55,671 nt of DNA from Bacillota bacterium (GTDB lineage Bacteria; Bacillota; SHA-98; UBA4971), in contig DUVA01000048.1 of NCBI GenBank assembly GCA_012841305.1, forward strand, positions 1 through 55,671, written 5' to 3'. Shown here piece by piece: positions 18,657 to 28,424 of the stretch; the first letter of the stretch is position 1, and every line of letters begins with the position of its first letter. Under the pieces are notes generated by a model. The model was not told the origin of the DNA, did no database searches, and saw nothing but the letters and a program-made list of their open reading frames with translations. The position numbers were made by a program, and so were the translations under genes.

Positions 18657-20258
18657 ATGGCTGTGGGTATCGAGCTCAAAGAGGAACTCCTAAAAGTTGA
18701 ACAGGTCATTGGCGAAACCACGGCGCGGAAGGTCCTGCGAGAAGTCATCAAAATAGCAGACACCCTACCTACTGCTGAGAAGATTATCAGTGTGGATGTT
18801 ATCATTCTCACCACGTCTTTTCAGCTGATTAAGAACAAGATCTTAGTTGAAGGGACAGCTAAGGTAAGAATTCTCTACGTAGCTCGGGAGGCTACCGGAG
18901 CGCAGCCGGTTCAGGTATTCGAAGAAGACATATCATTTGAGCTTATCGCTGAAGTGCCTGGGACTGAACCGTTAATGAATGCCTGGGTGCAGGTGGACGT
19001 CCATGATATAGCCTTCGATCTGGTTGACATCAGGACTGTTGATGTACGCGTTGTGATTTCTGCCAGGGTTAAGGTCACTGTAACTGAGCAATTAGAGGTG
19101 GTCACAGAGGTGACCGGGCCCGCGGATTTGCAGGTTACGAGGGAGCTCCTAAAAGTCGAGGATGTAATTGGTGACGCTCAAGCACAGGCTCTTGTAACCG
19201 GTAGGCTCATAGTCCCGTTTGAGAAGCCGGATATAGATTCTGTCATAAGCGTCGAGGCTAAACCGCGCCTCACAGATGTGCAAGTTCTCGACGGCCAGGT
19301 AGTTGTTGAAGGCTTAATAGATGTTGACGTTCTTTACGCTGCAGTGCCCCAGGACCCAACTCCTGAAGGCGTGAAACTGCCGGTTCACTTCTTCTCGAGT
19401 CAATTGCGATTCTCCCAGGTAGTAGAAGTCCCAGGTGCAGCAGTCGGCATGGTTGCCCAGGCCAGAATAATCTTTGAAACAGTCAGCTTTACTGAACTGG
19501 ATTTCCGCACCGTAACTGTGGACGTAGTCCTGAAAATCGTTGCCAAAGTAACTATTGTCAGGCAACTGGAAATTGTCACAGATGTGACTTCTGCCAGTGA
19601 AGTCCTTGACGTAGAAAAGCGTCTCCTTAGAGTAGAAGATGTTATAGGGGAAGACATAGCTCAGACCATTATCAAAGAAGTCCTGGAGGTGCCAAGAGAG
19701 AAGCCCAATATTGAACGTATCCTCCGCATTGATACTTCAGTGAAGGAAACATCGTGGAGGATCATTGACGGCAAGGTAATCATTGAAGGAGTTATAGAAC
19801 TCCAAACTCTTTACGTGGCGCAAACACCTGAAGGAGACCAGCCTGTACATCATATGTCCCATCGGGTGAAGTTCACTCTTTTCGTGGAGATACCAGGCAC
19901 ACAAGAGGGCTTCACTGCAGAAACTCGCGTAGCCGTCGAACATGTCGACTTTGAGCTTGTTGAAGACAGACGGTTCACTGCTAAAGTGCTTGTCGGCGTA
20001 TTCGCGAAAGTGACTGAGCCGGTGCAACTTAATGTAGTCGTCAATGTAGTTGTTGTTTCACCTGCTCCGCCAGCGCCATGCCCACAGCCTACCATTGTCA
20101 TGGTGACGATTCAGCCGGGTGATACTCTCTGGGCGTTGGCCAGGAAGTATAATACGACAGTCGAAGCGATTATTCAGGCGAACCCCGGGATACAGCCGGA
20201 GAACCTCCAGGTGGGCCAGGTAATACAGATCCCTGCCTGCCCTGCTCCTAAGGGGTGA
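18657..20258 (+). CDS. sipL: SipL-like spore coat morphogenetic protein (3x SPOCS + LysM)
   Basis: Three DUF3794 repeats plus C-terminal LysM (IQPGDTLWALARKYNTTVEAI); strong RBS AAGGAGG. Confidence 0.85.
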   Translation: MAVGIELKEELLKVEQVIGETTARKVLREVIKIADTLPTAEKIISVDVIILTTSFQLIKNKILVEGTAKVRILYVAREATGAQPVQVFEEDISFELIAEVPGTEPLMNAWVQVDVHDIAFDLVDIRTVDVRVVISARVKVTVTEQLEVVTEVTGPADLQVTRELLKVEDVIGDAQAQALVTGRLIVPFEKPDIDSVISVEAKPRLTDVQVLDGQVVVEGLIDVDVLYAAVPQDPTPEGVKLPVHFFSSQLRFSQVVEVPGAAVGMVAQARIIFETVSFTELDFRTVTVDVVLKIVAKVTIVRQLEIVTDVTSASEVLDVEKRLLRVEDVIGEDIAQTIIKEVLEVPREKPNIERILRIDTSVKETSWRIIDGKVIIEGVIELQTLYVAQTPEGDQPVHHMSHRVKFTLFVEIPGTQEGFTAETRVAVEHVDFELVEDRRFTAKVLVGVFAKVTEPVQLNVVVNVVVVSPAPPAPCPQPTIVMVTIQPGDTLWALARKYNTTVEAIIQANPGIQPENLQVGQVIQIPACPAPKG

Positions 20259-20338
20259 GGATCGGCCTGCAAGAAGGAGTGGGTTTGAGGTTTGGCGTGG
20301 AGTTCTCAAGGATGGTTTGAAAGGGAGGGAAATAGGAG

Positions 20339-21754
20339 ATGGTTCTGAGAAGGGAACGCCTCAAGCTCTTCGAAGTCGTCAGCGAGACTGTGACCACTGT
20401 TACGCTGAGGAGTATTCAGTCAGTGCCTGCGGGGAAACCTGACGTCCAGAAGATCTTGAGCATAGCTAATGTAACAGTCTCAGCAACAGGGACGCCGCTA
20501 CCCAATAAAGTCGTAATTGAAGGCACCGCAACAGTCCAGACTATATACGTAGCTGCACTGCCTGACCAGCCTGTCCACCATATGGAGCACGTCATAAGCT
20601 TCCTGCAATTTGCCGATGTGCCTGGGACACAACCCGGTATGACAGTAATATTGAAGCCTCGGGTGAAGTTCTCGGACATAGTAATAAGGTCGCCAAGGGA
20701 AGTGGAGATAGAAATCATCATAGAATTCCTTGTGAAAGTAATTAGGCTAGTCCAGCTTGATGTAGTCACTGACGTCATGTTCAAAAGCGTCCCCGTTAAA
20801 GTCGACAAACAGCTTTTCCGGGTCGAACGTGTCAGAGGTGAGAATACAGGCCAGGTGATACTAAGTAACATGTTGCCTGTGCCTGCCGGCAAACCGCCTG
20901 TCCAGAAAATCTTAAACGTTGTCAGCACAGAAATCATAACAGATGAGGTGCGGATTATTCCGGATCTCGTAATTATCCAGGGTAGGGTCAGAACCCAAGT
21001 GATTTATGTAGCTGCAGAGCCGGATCAACCTGTTCATCACATGCATTTGGAAGTAAATTTCCTGGCAAATATCAGAATACCCGGGGCGGTGCCGGGGTTG
21101 ATGGCAGAGATATTCCCGAGCGTAGAGTTTGTGCAGGTGTCTATTGTAAATCCCACTACTGTCATGCAAGACTTGATCCTGAGTATCTTTGTGAAGGTCA
21201 CTGAAATTCAACAACTCCGTGTAGTTACAGACGTAAGGTCAGACAGAATTCCGATTAATGCCGTAAGACAGCTTGTAGCCATAGAGGACGTGGTAAACGA
21301 AAAATCTCAGCAAATCAATATCCACAGGGAGGTAGAAATACCTGAGGAGAAGCCGCCTGCGCAAAAGATCCTTCAGATCTTCAGTTCAACTGTGGACATA
21401 ACACGGTCTGACATACTCGATGGCAAGGTCATCCTGGAAGGCACCTTGGTCCTCCAAATAATCTACGTTGCAGCTGAACCTGACCAACCTGTGCATCATG
21501 CCCATGTTGAAATACCGTTTACCACATTTGTGGATCTGCCCGGAGCTTATCCCGGCATGAATCTCCTGGTGCGGCCAAGGGTGGAATTCGCTACTGTCCA
21601 GTTCTTGCCGGTAGGGGTGACTCCTCCTCCTGAGATCGGCACGAGGGATCTCCTGGTTGACGCTATTATCGAGGTATTTGTGAAGGTAACGAAGACAGTC
21701 CAGAAGTATGTAGTTATCGATGTGATCGTTCCTCAGGGATTTCGGGATCCGTAA
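20339..21754 (+). CDS. DUF3794/SPOCS protein, three repeats
   Basis: Three VP..KP..QKIL...IYVAA.PDQPVHH repeats. Confidence 0.88.
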   Translation: MVLRRERLKLFEVVSETVTTVTLRSIQSVPAGKPDVQKILSIANVTVSATGTPLPNKVVIEGTATVQTIYVAALPDQPVHHMEHVISFLQFADVPGTQPGMTVILKPRVKFSDIVIRSPREVEIEIIIEFLVKVIRLVQLDVVTDVMFKSVPVKVDKQLFRVERVRGENTGQVILSNMLPVPAGKPPVQKILNVVSTEIITDEVRIIPDLVIIQGRVRTQVIYVAAEPDQPVHHMHLEVNFLANIRIPGAVPGLMAEIFPSVEFVQVSIVNPTTVMQDLILSIFVKVTEIQQLRVVTDVRSDRIPINAVRQLVAIEDVVNEKSQQINIHREVEIPEEKPPAQKILQIFSSTVDITRSDILDGKVILEGTLVLQIIYVAAEPDQPVHHAHVEIPFTTFVDLPGAYPGMNLLVRPRVEFATVQFLPVGVTPPPEIGTRDLLVDAIIEVFVKVTKTVQKYVVIDVIVPQGFRDP

Positions 21755-21787
21755 AGCTGTCAGTAGGCTACTTTCATCGTGTTCGAC

Positions 21788-21822
21788 AAGCGACCCTGTT
21801 TGCGCCAAATGCGGGGTCGCTT
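21788..21822. terminator. Bidirectional terminator
   Basis: AAGCGACCCTG/CGGGGTCGCTT between convergent genes. Confidence 0.65.
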
Positions 21823-22775
21823 TATTCTGCCGAAGTGCCATACTTCACCTTAATAGCAGGGCAAGAAGTGCATTCTAAGCATTTTATACAGCCCTTGGAG
21901 TCTGCATCGAGATACGGGTCAATATCCATGGGGCAAGCTGCTCTGCAGGCCCCGCATTTGTTGCACAGCTCATTATCTACTTTAAGTCTTACGTAGCTTA
22001 CTTTGTTGAATGGGGAATATATGGTTCCAAGGGGACAGATGAATCTGCAAAAAGGTCTTTTGATGAGAATTGCGGCGACTATGAAAACCAATACTATGGC
22101 CATTTTCACGATAAACAAGGTTCCCGCCATAGCCCTGATCGACGGATCAATGGCCACCAGAGGCAACCCGGCTTCGAGGCCACCTGCCGGACATAGCTTG
22201 CAAAACAAAGGTTCTCCCGTGGCGAACGCCCCAATGAGAACAAGTCCGACAAAGACCGGGTACCGGGCGGCTTCCCAGGCGTGATGTCTGATTTTTACCT
22301 GCAGCTTCTTCCTGCCGAGTCTGATTTTGAAAAGGAGATCCTGCAGGAACCCGAACGGGCATGCCCACCCGCAGGTCATCCGTCCAACAAGCGCTCCTAT
22401 GACCGTGAAGAATCCCACCAGGGCAAAGGGAAATCTCCTTTGTCCGATAAAATGCTGGAGCGACCCGATAGGGCAAGCCATGACCGCGAGCGGGCATGCG
22501 TGGCAATTGAGTACGGGCGCAGGGCAAAACTTCAAAAGTGATAAGACATAGGAGTTGGCAAACACAAGCGATGCCAGTTGGACCAGTGTTCGCTTATGGA
22601 CAGCCGGCCTACTACTAACAACCGGCCTATTACTAACAGCTGGCTTATTACTAACTGCCCGCCCATTATTAATAGCTCGCTCACGATTGACAGCAGATTT
22701 ATGCCTGTCAGTTGCCGGCTTGCTTGTCATACCACGAATCCACGAACCCTTGATCTTCCAATCCCGCCTTCTCAC
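21822..22775 (-). CDS. Membrane 4Fe-4S binding protein (NapH/MauN-like)
   Basis: ACPIG, CGWACPFG, CKLCPAG, CRFICPLG, CNKCGACRAACP, CIKCLEC; start uncertain. Confidence 0.9.
   Translation of the reverse strand: MRRRDWKIKGSWIRGMTSKPATDRHKSAVNRERAINNGRAVSNKPAVSNRPVVSSRPAVHKRTLVQLASLVFANSYVLSLLKFCPAPVLNCHACPLAVMACPIGSLQHFIGQRRFPFALVGFFTVIGALVGRMTCGWACPFGFLQDLLFKIRLGRKKLQVKIRHHAWEAARYPVFVGLVLIGAFATGEPLFCKLCPAGGLEAGLPLVAIDPSIRAMAGTLFIVKMAIVLVFIVAAILIKRPFCRFICPLGTIYSPFNKVSYVRLKVDNELCNKCGACRAACPMDIDPYLDADSKGCIKCLECTSCPAIKVKYGTSAE
22600..22707. repeat. 18-bp in-frame tandem repeat encoding AVSNRP-like hexapeptides
   Basis: ACAGCCGGCCTACTACTA, ACAACCGGCCTATTACTA, ACAGCTGGCTTATTACTA, ACTGCCCGCCCATTATTA and degenerate copies. 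Confidence 0.8.
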
Positions 22776-22789
22776 TTAAGACTTACAGG

Positions 22790-23005
22790 TTACCTAAGGC
22801 CTATACATGATGCGCATAGGATCAAAGCGTTGAGTAAGATAGTCTCGAATTCACTCCTGAAAGCGCCGATGACTATGAAGCCTATTCCCAGCGATAATAA
22901 GAGGCATGTGCCGGGTCTTATGGGAATCTTTGTTCGGAGGCTTCCCCGGCCTTCGCGCGCCTTGTCACATATCTTCTCATGCTTATCAGCCTTCTTATCT
23001 CTCAT
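22790..23005 (-). CDS. Small CXXC membrane protein (CD1871A-like)
   Basis: TM helix then E..TIL.NA..LCASCIGL; lies between TlpA and 4Fe-4S genes. Confidence 0.75.
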   Translation of the reverse strand: MRDKKADKHEKICDKAREGRGSLRTKIPIRPGTCLLLSLGIGFIVIGAFRSEFETILLNALILCASCIGLR

Positions 23006-23596
23006 TTACTGTTCCTTCTCAAGGAGGTCAGAGATGAGCTTGCCTAATTCCTCCTGGAATTTTGCTTTATCGGCGCCTGTCCCGACTGAGACATGCCTTA
23101 CTATGCCGGATTTATCAACCAGGACAAGTGTAGGTATAGCTCTCACCCCATAGTCCTGTATGATTTTGGTAAGGGGGGTATCGCCCTTGGAAGTGGCCGC
23201 TATGATAGAATATGGAATTCCATTGTCCTCAACATATTTTTCCACATTCTTTCGGGTATCGTTTACTGCAATTCCAAGAACGGCTAAGCCTTGGTCAGCG
23301 TAAGTTTTATGAAGAGCGATTATTACCGGAGTGATCTCTCTACACGGGCCGCACCAGGTAGCCCAGAAATCTATGAGTGTTACCTGGCCTGGGTCAGTAA
23401 GGTTAATGCGTGTTCCGTCAAGATCGGTTACAACGAATGAAGGAGCAGGTTTATTCACGAGGTCTTCCGGGCGGGCTGCAAAACACCCCGGTACCCGGTA
23501 AATTGCCGCAAGGAGAAGGCCTGCAGCTAGAATCAGGATAAACGCCGGATATGTTCTCTTAGTGTTGAAGCTCTTTGGGTTGCCTGGTCTTGACAT
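23006..23596 (-). CDS. TlpA/ResA-like thiol-disulfide oxidoreductase
   Basis: APSF..TDLDG, DFWATWCGPC, YGVRAIPT.VLVDK.G. Confidence 0.93.
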   Translation of the reverse strand: MSRPGNPKSFNTKRTYPAFILILAAGLLLAAIYRVPGCFAARPEDLVNKPAPSFVVTDLDGTRINLTDPGQVTLIDFWATWCGPCREITPVIIALHKTYADQGLAVLGIAVNDTRKNVEKYVEDNGIPYSIIAATSKGDTPLTKIIQDYGVRAIPTLVLVDKSGIVRHVSVGTGADKAKFQEELGKLISDLLEKEQ

Positions 23597-23670
23597 GAAA
23601 GGCCCTCCTTTTGTTCCACTAAGAAGTAATACGACAATCTGCCGAAGTAGTTCCCGTACGTGGTTCCAAG

Positions 23671-23700
23671 TGACGCACTTTCCTCACCCGGCATATCATA
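23671..23700 (+). promoter_or_regulatory. SigK-like promoter
   Basis: TGAC-N17-CATATCATA. Confidence 0.4.
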
Positions 23701-23737
23701 TTCTGGTAGATGTGTTACCAGAGAGGGAGGGAGGGAG

Positions 23738-25435
23738 ATGTCAGAGGATTTGACCATCTCCGGTGTTCATCACAAGAAGGTAAAAGTGGAGGTAATAGTT
23801 GCTGATGTAAGCGCCACTATTGTCGCCAGCGGTCAACTTACCGTGCCGCCTCCGAAGCCTGACATAGCTTCGATTCTGGATACTCAGGCCGAGGTTACTA
23901 TTAGCCGTGTCTCAGTCGTTTCCGGAACCGTCGTGATCCAGGGAAACGTGATAGTGGACATAACATATGTTTCCACCGCGCCTTCCCAGCCGGTTCACTT
24001 CTTCGAAGGGACCTTATCCCTGTTCGGAAGTGTCAATGTGCCTGGGATTTTTCCGGGAATGACTCCTGAAGTAGTGGTAACGAGTGTTTATGCCACATCT
24101 CGTCTTGTGGATCCCAGAACAGTTGAAGTTAACGTGTTAGTCACGGTAAGGGTGAAGGTCCTAAGAGAACAGGTCCTGCCGATAGTCAGTGAAGTCCCGA
24201 AAACGATTATTGTGCCTACTGTAACCGTGCCTGTAGTTCCTATAGTCCAACGCAGGGTCGTCACGGTGGAACGTGCTGTGCTGCAAGGAGAAGCCCAGAC
24301 GATTGCTGTAGGGACTATATCCATACCGCCTGATAAGCCAGGCGCATCGGATATCATTCGAACCAGCGCTGCCGGATCTGTTACCCGGGCTAACGTGCTG
24401 AGAGGTAAGGTAGTGGTTGACGGGGTTGTATCCACACGCACTCTCTATGTAGGCCTGAGTCCTGCACAGCCTGTTTTCTCCGTGGACGGAGTCATCCCCT
24501 TCAGCGTAATTGTAGATCTTCCCGGGGTAGAAGTAGGAATGTTTGCGTTTGCGGCTGTGCAGATTGAGGCAGTGGACACGACTATTGTGAATGCTCGCAC
24601 CTTGCGTATAAGGGCAGTGGTCAAAGTCTCAGTGGTCGTTACGGTAGAAAGAGAGCTTCCCCTCGTGACCGGCATAGGAGCTCTTCCGCCTACGCTTGTG
24701 CCTATCACCCAGGACTTCCTTGTGGAGGAGATCGTGGGTCAAGTACAGGATGATTCCACGGTTACGGTGCAAATCGTAGTTCCTGCCACGCTCCCCGGTA
24801 TTGGAAGGGTCATACAGTCCTTTGCTCAAGCCAGGATTACCAAGACCATAGTTCTCGATGGTGTAATCATAGTTCAGGGGACTCTGAGGATTACTATACT
24901 CTTCTCTGAACTGCCCAGCCAGAAAGTGTTTGCTCATGTTGAGACAGTGCCCTTTTCAGTGACACTACGTATACCCGGGGCTGTTCCGGCTTTCTTCGGA
25001 ACAGCGGAAGTAACCGTGGTTAGGGTAGTGGCAGTCCCGGTGCAGCCTAAGATCGCAAATGTCAGGGTAACGTTGCGAGGCTGGGGAATGGTGACAAGGA
25101 TCGATACCGTCCCTACGGTAGTCGATATTCGTTCTCAAGGGGCAGGGCAAGTTCCGCCTGGAATAGTGGTGCCACCGGGAACTGAAGTGCCACCAGGAAC
25201 CGTGACGCCACCCGGAACAAGCGTTCCCGGAGGGGGAGAGTTGCCGGGGCCACCGGTTAGCTCAAGTTCACAAAGCTCATCAAGCGCAGGAGGTAGAGTC
25301 TACGTAGTCCAGATTGGGGATACTGTGTTCCGAATAGCACAGAGATATGGCACCACCGTTGACGCGATAGTACAGGCAAATAGCATTCAAGATCCGGATC
25401 GAATAGTAGTCGGCGACACGTTGGTGATTCCATAA
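23738..25435 (+). CDS. Second SipL-like protein (3x SPOCS, VPPG-repeat linker, LysM)
   Basis: Three DUF3794 repeats; xxPPG repeats; YVVQIGDTVFRIAQRYGTTVDAI LysM; RBS GGAGGG. Confidence 0.88.
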   Translation: MSEDLTISGVHHKKVKVEVIVADVSATIVASGQLTVPPPKPDIASILDTQAEVTISRVSVVSGTVVIQGNVIVDITYVSTAPSQPVHFFEGTLSLFGSVNVPGIFPGMTPEVVVTSVYATSRLVDPRTVEVNVLVTVRVKVLREQVLPIVSEVPKTIIVPTVTVPVVPIVQRRVVTVERAVLQGEAQTIAVGTISIPPDKPGASDIIRTSAAGSVTRANVLRGKVVVDGVVSTRTLYVGLSPAQPVFSVDGVIPFSVIVDLPGVEVGMFAFAAVQIEAVDTTIVNARTLRIRAVVKVSVVVTVERELPLVTGIGALPPTLVPITQDFLVEEIVGQVQDDSTVTVQIVVPATLPGIGRVIQSFAQARITKTIVLDGVIIVQGTLRITILFSELPSQKVFAHVETVPFSVTLRIPGAVPAFFGTAEVTVVRVVAVPVQPKIANVRVTLRGWGMVTRIDTVPTVVDIRSQGAGQVPPGIVVPPGTEVPPGTVTPPGTSVPGGGELPGPPVSSSSQSSSSAGGRVYVVQIGDTVFRIAQRYGTTVDAIVQANSIQDPDRIVVGDTLVIP

Positions 25436-25456
25436 TAGCCGTTACGCAAAAGTCAC

Positions 25457-25673
25457 CTAAGTAGATCACTATGAGACCGTTGTTCTCTCCCATATTATGT
25501 TAACGCAGCTCGCTTGAATCGCAGAAACTGGTCGCCATCTTGGGCGAAATTGGCAGTTACTGGAGAAGTTCAACGGTCTCCACCACAAGTAATCGCCGGT
25601 TCCAGAAAGTATACGTATCGTGCAGGGCCACCCAAGACCTCGGAAAACGAGAGAAAACTAATGAACTCATACC
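25457..25673. repeat. Dispersed REPIN/MITE-like element, copy 2 (inverted relative to copy 1)
   Basis: Homologous to 2648-2923; inverted repeats 25473-25492 and 25561-25580. Confidence 0.85.
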
Positions 25674-25775
25674 CCTTCAACTATTCCTTACAGGAAAACG
25701 CAAAAAGCAGGAAGCAGAAGAAAATCAAAGAATCTCTAAGAAGTGAAACAGGACGGAGGTATGGAGGTATCGCGA

Positions 25776-26570
25776 ATGGCAGACCGGATGCAGCATCATA
25801 TTAGGTGTAAGGTAGGGGATATTGCACGATATGTGCTTCTCCCCGGAGACCCGGGGCGAGCTCATAGAATTGCTACATTCTTTGATGATGCCAAGCTGAT
25901 AGCGGAGTCCAGGGAGTATGTCACCTATACCGGGACAGTGGACGGTATCCCGATTTCAGTGGCTTCCACAGGAATAGGGTGTCCATCAGCGGTAATAGCA
26001 GTAGAGGAGCTGACTAAGTGCGGAGCTGATACTTTCATACGAGTTGGTACCGCAGGAGGCATGCAGGAGTTTGTCAAGCCCGGTGACGTAGTCATTGCCC
26101 AAGGCGCTATCAGGGACGAGGGCACCGGTGTGCACTATGTGCCACTTGAATTCCCTGCTATTGCATCAATTGAAGTGGTAAATGCGCTTATTGCAGGCTC
26201 AAAGCAAATAGGGGCCAAGTATCATGTAGGAATTGTCCATACACATGATTCCTTCTACGGACAACATGAGCCTTGCAGAATGCCTATGCACGATATGCTC
26301 AAGGCCAGGCAAAAGGCGTGGATGAAGTGTGGAGCCCTTGCCTCTGAGATGGAGTGTGCAGGTATTTTCATTGCGGCGTCCGCCCTGGGAGTCAGGGCAG
26401 GCGGTGTATGTTTGGTGGCAGGCAACCGGCTTTTGCCTCCCCTTTCCGAAGAGGAGAGACAGAGGATTACTGAAGATGATATCATCAAAGTGGCGATAGA
26501 AGGGGTCAGGCTGCTGGCAGAGAGGGACTCAACTCCTTCGCATACGTCTCGAAAAGGGCTGAATGTATGA
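25776..26570 (+). CDS. udp: Uridine/nucleoside phosphorylase
   Basis: LLPGDPGR, STGIGCPS, FIRVGTAGG, AIRDEGT, SEMECA. Confidence 0.9.
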   Translation: MADRMQHHIRCKVGDIARYVLLPGDPGRAHRIATFFDDAKLIAESREYVTYTGTVDGIPISVASTGIGCPSAVIAVEELTKCGADTFIRVGTAGGMQEFVKPGDVVIAQGAIRDEGTGVHYVPLEFPAIASIEVVNALIAGSKQIGAKYHVGIVHTHDSFYGQHEPCRMPMHDMLKARQKAWMKCGALASEMECAGIFIAASALGVRAGGVCLVAGNRLLPPLSEEERQRITEDDIIKVAIEGVRLLAERDSTPSHTSRKGLNV

Positions 26571-27760
26571 ATATGTCAAAGGCGCTAAGACCGGCTAGGA
26601 TAAACGTAGTTCCGTTTGCGTCTAAGTTGCGAGATGAGGAGCAAATTCAAGCGCGAATTTCCGGATATGTTGAGGATCTACAGAAAATCCCAGGCTTTGA
26701 ATTCCATTTATCCTCACCTGATCGTGAACGTATGCTATCATTCTCTGATCATGCGCATCAAGACAGCGACATCACATTGCCTTTAGTGCTAAGCGGAGGG
26801 ACAGAGCTGGAAGTCCTTGAATTCTTAGCTTACCTTGATGCGCCGACGCTTATCTTAACGCATCCATCAGATAATGCACTGGCAGCCTCTCTTGAGATAC
26901 TTGCGCTTCTTGATGCTGACGGGCACGTCGCACGCCTCGTGCAAGCGACACCCGGATGGCAAGAAGAGCTCTCTGGGCTGCTAAAAATGTTCGATGCCAG
27001 GGCACGAATGAAAAGAGCGAGGTTGGGTGTATTCGGCAAGAGAGAGATAGAGGCTGTACCGCACTGGAGGTTGACTAAGGCAGTACGACAGGTCTGGGGC
27101 CCGCGTCTGGTCAGTTTTGACATGGATGAGCTCATAGATGCTATCGGAGCTGTATCTCCACAAGAAGCGAAAGATGCAGCATTCGAATTTGCCCGGCGGG
27201 CAACGTGTATCTTCGAACCGGAAGACGACGCACTGGAAGGCTCAGCCCGGATCTACCTGGCCTTAAGGAGACTGGTAGAGGAACATCAACTGGACGCGAT
27301 AACAGTGAAGTGCTTTGACCTATTGCAGCCGTGCAACAACACTGGTTGTTATGGCCTGGCTCGCCTCAGCGAAGAAGGGATCCCTGCTGCCTGTGAGGCA
27401 GACATCCTTTCCTGTGTGGGCATGCTGTTTATCCATGAACTTACTTCACAGCCTAGTTTCATGGCAAATCCGTCAGTCATAGATGTGGAATCAGGTATGA
27501 TACGGTTTTCCCATTGCACGATTCCTCGGACTATGACGAGCGCATATAGAATACGATCGCATTTTGAATCAGGGATTGGGACTGCTCTGGAGGGGGATAT
27601 GAAACCCGGTCCCGTAACCATAGTGCGAATAGGGGGCAGGCGCTTTAGCGAAGTCTCTGTTGCATGCGGTAGAGTGATGGAATGTGATTTGATAGAGGAT
27701 ATGTGCAGAACTCAAGTAACAGTGGAATTATCTGACAAGGAGAGCGAGACTCTCTTGTAG
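26567..27760 (+). CDS. L-fucose/L-arabinose isomerase-like protein, possibly C-terminally truncated
   Basis: SGGTE, LDAITVKCF, AACEAD, FMANP, SHCT.P, RSHFESG, CRTQV; ends before the usual GNH segment. Confidence 0.75.
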   Translation: MNMSKALRPARINVVPFASKLRDEEQIQARISGYVEDLQKIPGFEFHLSSPDRERMLSFSDHAHQDSDITLPLVLSGGTELEVLEFLAYLDAPTLILTHPSDNALAASLEILALLDADGHVARLVQATPGWQEELSGLLKMFDARARMKRARLGVFGKREIEAVPHWRLTKAVRQVWGPRLVSFDMDELIDAIGAVSPQEAKDAAFEFARRATCIFEPEDDALEGSARIYLALRRLVEEHQLDAITVKCFDLLQPCNNTGCYGLARLSEEGIPAACEADILSCVGMLFIHELTSQPSFMANPSVIDVESGMIRFSHCTIPRTMTSAYRIRSHFESGIGTALEGDMKPGPVTIVRIGGRRFSEVSVACGRVMECDLIEDMCRTQVTVELSDKESETLL

Positions 27761-27857
27761 AATCATCTGTGATGGTTGTCTCCTTTACCAAACCATTGGG
27801 ATGATTGCTCTACTTGGGGCAAAAGAAAGAAGGGTCCGGAGAAGGAAGGGATCAGGG

Positions 27858-28370
27858 TTGGAGAGTAATTTCGAAAAATATGCAGTGCTCGCCAGGGAGC
27901 TAGGGGCTGTTGACGCTATTGTCATCAGTCTCCGGGATATCGTGTTTGACCCCAGGACTTACATCAAGTGCATGTATGGTTGTTCTACTTGGGGTAAAAG
28001 CTGGATATGTCCGTCCGCTCCCGGTGCGCTGAAACCGTGGGAAGCCAAGGATGTGCTCTCCCGCTATAAGAAGGCCTTGATTATCCATACCCATGATAAA
28101 GACACGTCACAGATGATATCTCTTTCAATAGAAAGCAAGGCTTTCGTTGACGGTTACTACTTTGCGTTCAGTATGAGCGACTGCGGTCTCTGTCAAGAGT
28201 GCTCATTTCCTGACAGGGAACCGTGCCGCTTCCCGCGGAAGGCAAGACCTGCTATGCAGGCAATGGGGATAGACGTATTCGCTACAGCAAGGGGTCAAGG
28301 GCTTCCCATAGAGACTTTGGCTGACGAAAGCTGTAAGGAGAATTGGTATTCCCTCGTCATGCTCGAATAA
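27858..28370 (+). CDS. DUF2284 predicted metal-binding protein
   Basis: FDPR...KC..GC..WG.SW.CP, CGLCQEC...PCRFP.KARPAM.A.GIDV. Confidence 0.85.
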   Translation: MESNFEKYAVLARELGAVDAIVISLRDIVFDPRTYIKCMYGCSTWGKSWICPSAPGALKPWEAKDVLSRYKKALIIHTHDKDTSQMISLSIESKAFVDGYYFAFSMSDCGLCQECSFPDREPCRFPRKARPAMQAMGIDVFATARGQGLPIETLADESCKENWYSLVMLE

Positions 28371-28424
28371 AAGGGTATGCCGGATGCAGGCTGATACAAA
28401 GGAGGGCGGTTCGAGCTGGCAAAT

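Noticed and set aside
22790-23005. Selenocysteine in the CXXC protein or TlpA
   Set aside because: Both motifs use Cys codons (CASC, CGPC) with no in-frame TGA.
12025-25150. Many antisense ORFs over the SPOCS genes
   Set aside because: These are shadows of Val/Ile-rich coding strands, with Thr/Ser-rich translations and no recognisable motifs.
27758-27772. Pyrrolysine readthrough at the TAG of the isomerase-like gene
   Set aside because: A TGA follows four codons later, so readthrough would not restore the C-terminus.
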